From an uncultured bacterium (GTDB lineage: Bacteria; Auribacterota; Erginobacteria; Erginobacterales; Erginobacteraceae), in contig CAWGIE010000019.1 of assembly GCA_963822585.1 (NCBI GenBank), forward strand, positions 487,949-551,948: a stretch of 64,000 nt of DNA, written 5' to 3'. The notes beneath the pieces are model-generated. The model did no database searches, had not been told where the DNA came from, and worked only from the letters and a program-made list of their open reading frames with translations. The position numbers were made by a program, and so were the translations under genes. This document shows positions 62,476 through 64,000 of the stretch, one piece after another (within the stretch, counting starts at the first letter, position 1; every line of letters begins with the position of its first letter).

Positions 62476-64000
62476 ATGATCACCCGGATGAAGAAAGTCA
62501 CGATCATTGTTCAGGAGAAAGACCGGGAAGAAGCACTCGCCCAGCTCTCTTCAATCGGGCTTGTCCATGTCGAGAACCTGCGGGAGCCTGCCGGCCGCTC
62601 CGTGGCAAGGATAGAGAACCGGATCTCCGGGATCAAGAAGGCGTTGACACAGATGCCGTCCGGGGAAAAAGATCAGGAGCAGGTGCCGATCGACAATCTG
62701 ACGGCCCTCCTCGATCGCCTTTCCCATCTGACGGAGAAGCTCAATAAGCTCCGGGAAATATGGGAGAAACGGCGGCGGTTGATCGATGATTGGAAGGTCT
62801 GGGGTGATTTTGACGTGCGCCTTCTCCGTCACCTGAATGAAAAAGGGATCTGGGTCTATCTCACCGAGCTTCCGGAGAAGGAACTCGATCAGCTCCCCGA
62901 TGATGTCGGCGTCCAGGTTTTCGCCCGGAAGGGAGGGGTTGCCTATTGTGGTATTATCTCCGATAAGCTGAAATATTTCTATTTCAAGACCCATATCCTG
63001 CCGCCCAAGCGCCTCTCGGAATTGATGAAAGACCAGGTCGGAACCGACCAAAACATTTCCGAAGTCCGGAACGAATTGGCCCAGACAACCAGATACCGGA
63101 CCGGGCTGGAGGATGAAATAAAACGCCTCCAGAAAGAACTCGAGTTCGAACAGGCCCGCTCGGGGATGGCGGAGTCGGGAAAGCTGGCCTATCTCCGGGG
63201 CTATTGTCCCCTGCCGGAGGTCGCCGCCCTGGAGGAAGCGGGCCGGAAGAACCGCTGGGGACTTCTGGTGGAAGATCCGGGATACGAGGACGCCCCCCCC
63301 ACCCTGATCACCAATCCGAAGTGGGTGAAGCTGATCGAGCCGGTCTTTTCCCTGATCGGAACGATACCCGGATACCGGGAGATCGATTCCAGCCTGGTTT
63401 TTCTTATCTTCTTCTCGCTCTTCTTCGCGATGCTGATCGGGGATGCCGCTTACGGGGCGATCTTTCTGATCGCCACCGGACTGGTTCAGTGGAAGCTGGG
63501 TTCCCGATTAAAGAATAAAACACCTCTCTTCCTTCTCTATCTGCTCAGTTTCGCGACCATTGTCTGGGGGGTTCTGACCGGGACATTCTTCGGCCAGCAG
63601 TGGCTGCCGTCGACCGTGCCGACGCTGGTCCCCTGGCTGCGCGATCAGGACCATGTCATCTGGCTCTGCTTTATTATCGGGGCCACCCAGCTCTCGATCG
63701 CGCATCTCTGGAAGGCCATCAGGAAAGCACCATCGGTCGTGGCCCTGGGCGACGTCGGCTGGATCTGCGTTATCTGGACAATGTTTTTTGCGGCCCGGAT
63801 GTTTATCCTGAGGGTGCCGGAAAACTTCAGGGATTTTCCCGGCTGGGTCATGGGCCTGGGCGGTGTCGGGCTGATCTTGATAATTGTTTTCTCAACCCCC
63901 CCCCGTCAGTTTTTCAAGGATCTGGTCCCGAGAAACTTCGCCGTATTTTTAAGCGTGATCAGCAGTTTCGGCGACGTCGTCTCCTATATCCGTCTCTTCG
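62476..64000 (+). CDS. atpI: V-type ATP synthase subunit I (partial, runs off the window)
   Basis: MITRMKKVT..GLVHVE, PGYREID, MLIGDAAYG, FGDVVSYIRLF. Confidence 0.93.
   Translation, partial: MITRMKKVTIIVQEKDREEALAQLSSIGLVHVENLREPAGRSVARIENRISGIKKALTQMPSGEKDQEQVPIDNLTALLDRLSHLTEKLNKLREIWEKRRRLIDDWKVWGDFDVRLLRHLNEKGIWVYLTELPEKELDQLPDDVGVQVFARKGGVAYCGIISDKLKYFYFKTHILPPKRLSELMKDQVGTDQNISEVRNELAQTTRYRTGLEDEIKRLQKELEFEQARSGMAESGKLAYLRGYCPLPEVAALEEAGRKNRWGLLVEDPGYEDAPPTLITNPKWVKLIEPVFSLIGTIPGYREIDSSLVFLIFFSLFFAMLIGDAAYGAIFLIATGLVQWKLGSRLKNKTPLFLLYLLSFATIVWGVLTGTFFGQQWLPSTVPTLVPWLRDQDHVIWLCFIIGATQLSIAHLWKAIRKAPSVVALGDVGWICVIWTMFFAARMFILRVPENFRDFPGWVMGLGGVGLILIIVFSTPPRQFFKDLVPRNFAVFLSVISSFGDVVSYIRLF

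Overview
This window covers the replication-origin region of an anaerobic, probably diderm bacterium. A PVC-superphylum affiliation such as Ca. Auribacterota is an unverified inference from the Chlamydia-like V-ATPase order, the large SRP RNA and a Pro/Thr-linker FG-GAP surface protein. The core synteny is porCDAB, recR-ybaB-dnaX-ffs, a serS/tRNA-Ser/tRNA-Arg/tadA cluster, rtcB-archease-gyrA-gyrB-DUF721-dnaN, bipartite oriC around dnaA, rpmH-rnpA-yidD-yidC-mnmE, a two-component system with alpha-2-macroglobulin and pbpC, parS-parA-parB, and a V-type ATPase operon. The left 12 kb is accessory DNA accreted at the 3' end of tRNA-Asn. Most notable: (1) tRNA-Asn(GUU) is split inside its anticodon (35/36) by a 354-nt IC3-like group I intron; (2) two small stand-alone GIY-YIG nuclease genes each sit between a tRNA and a duplicated tRNA piece whose T-loop is broken by short palindromes, and such palindromic repeats also invade the intron and SRP RNA; (3) AT-rich c-GNA-g triloop hairpins enclose the Shine-Dalgarno of many core genes; (4) an HTH-transmembrane-coiled-coil gene lies in a dense GGACA repeat field next to parS. 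dnaN is frameshifted at a G12 tract, most likely an assembly error.
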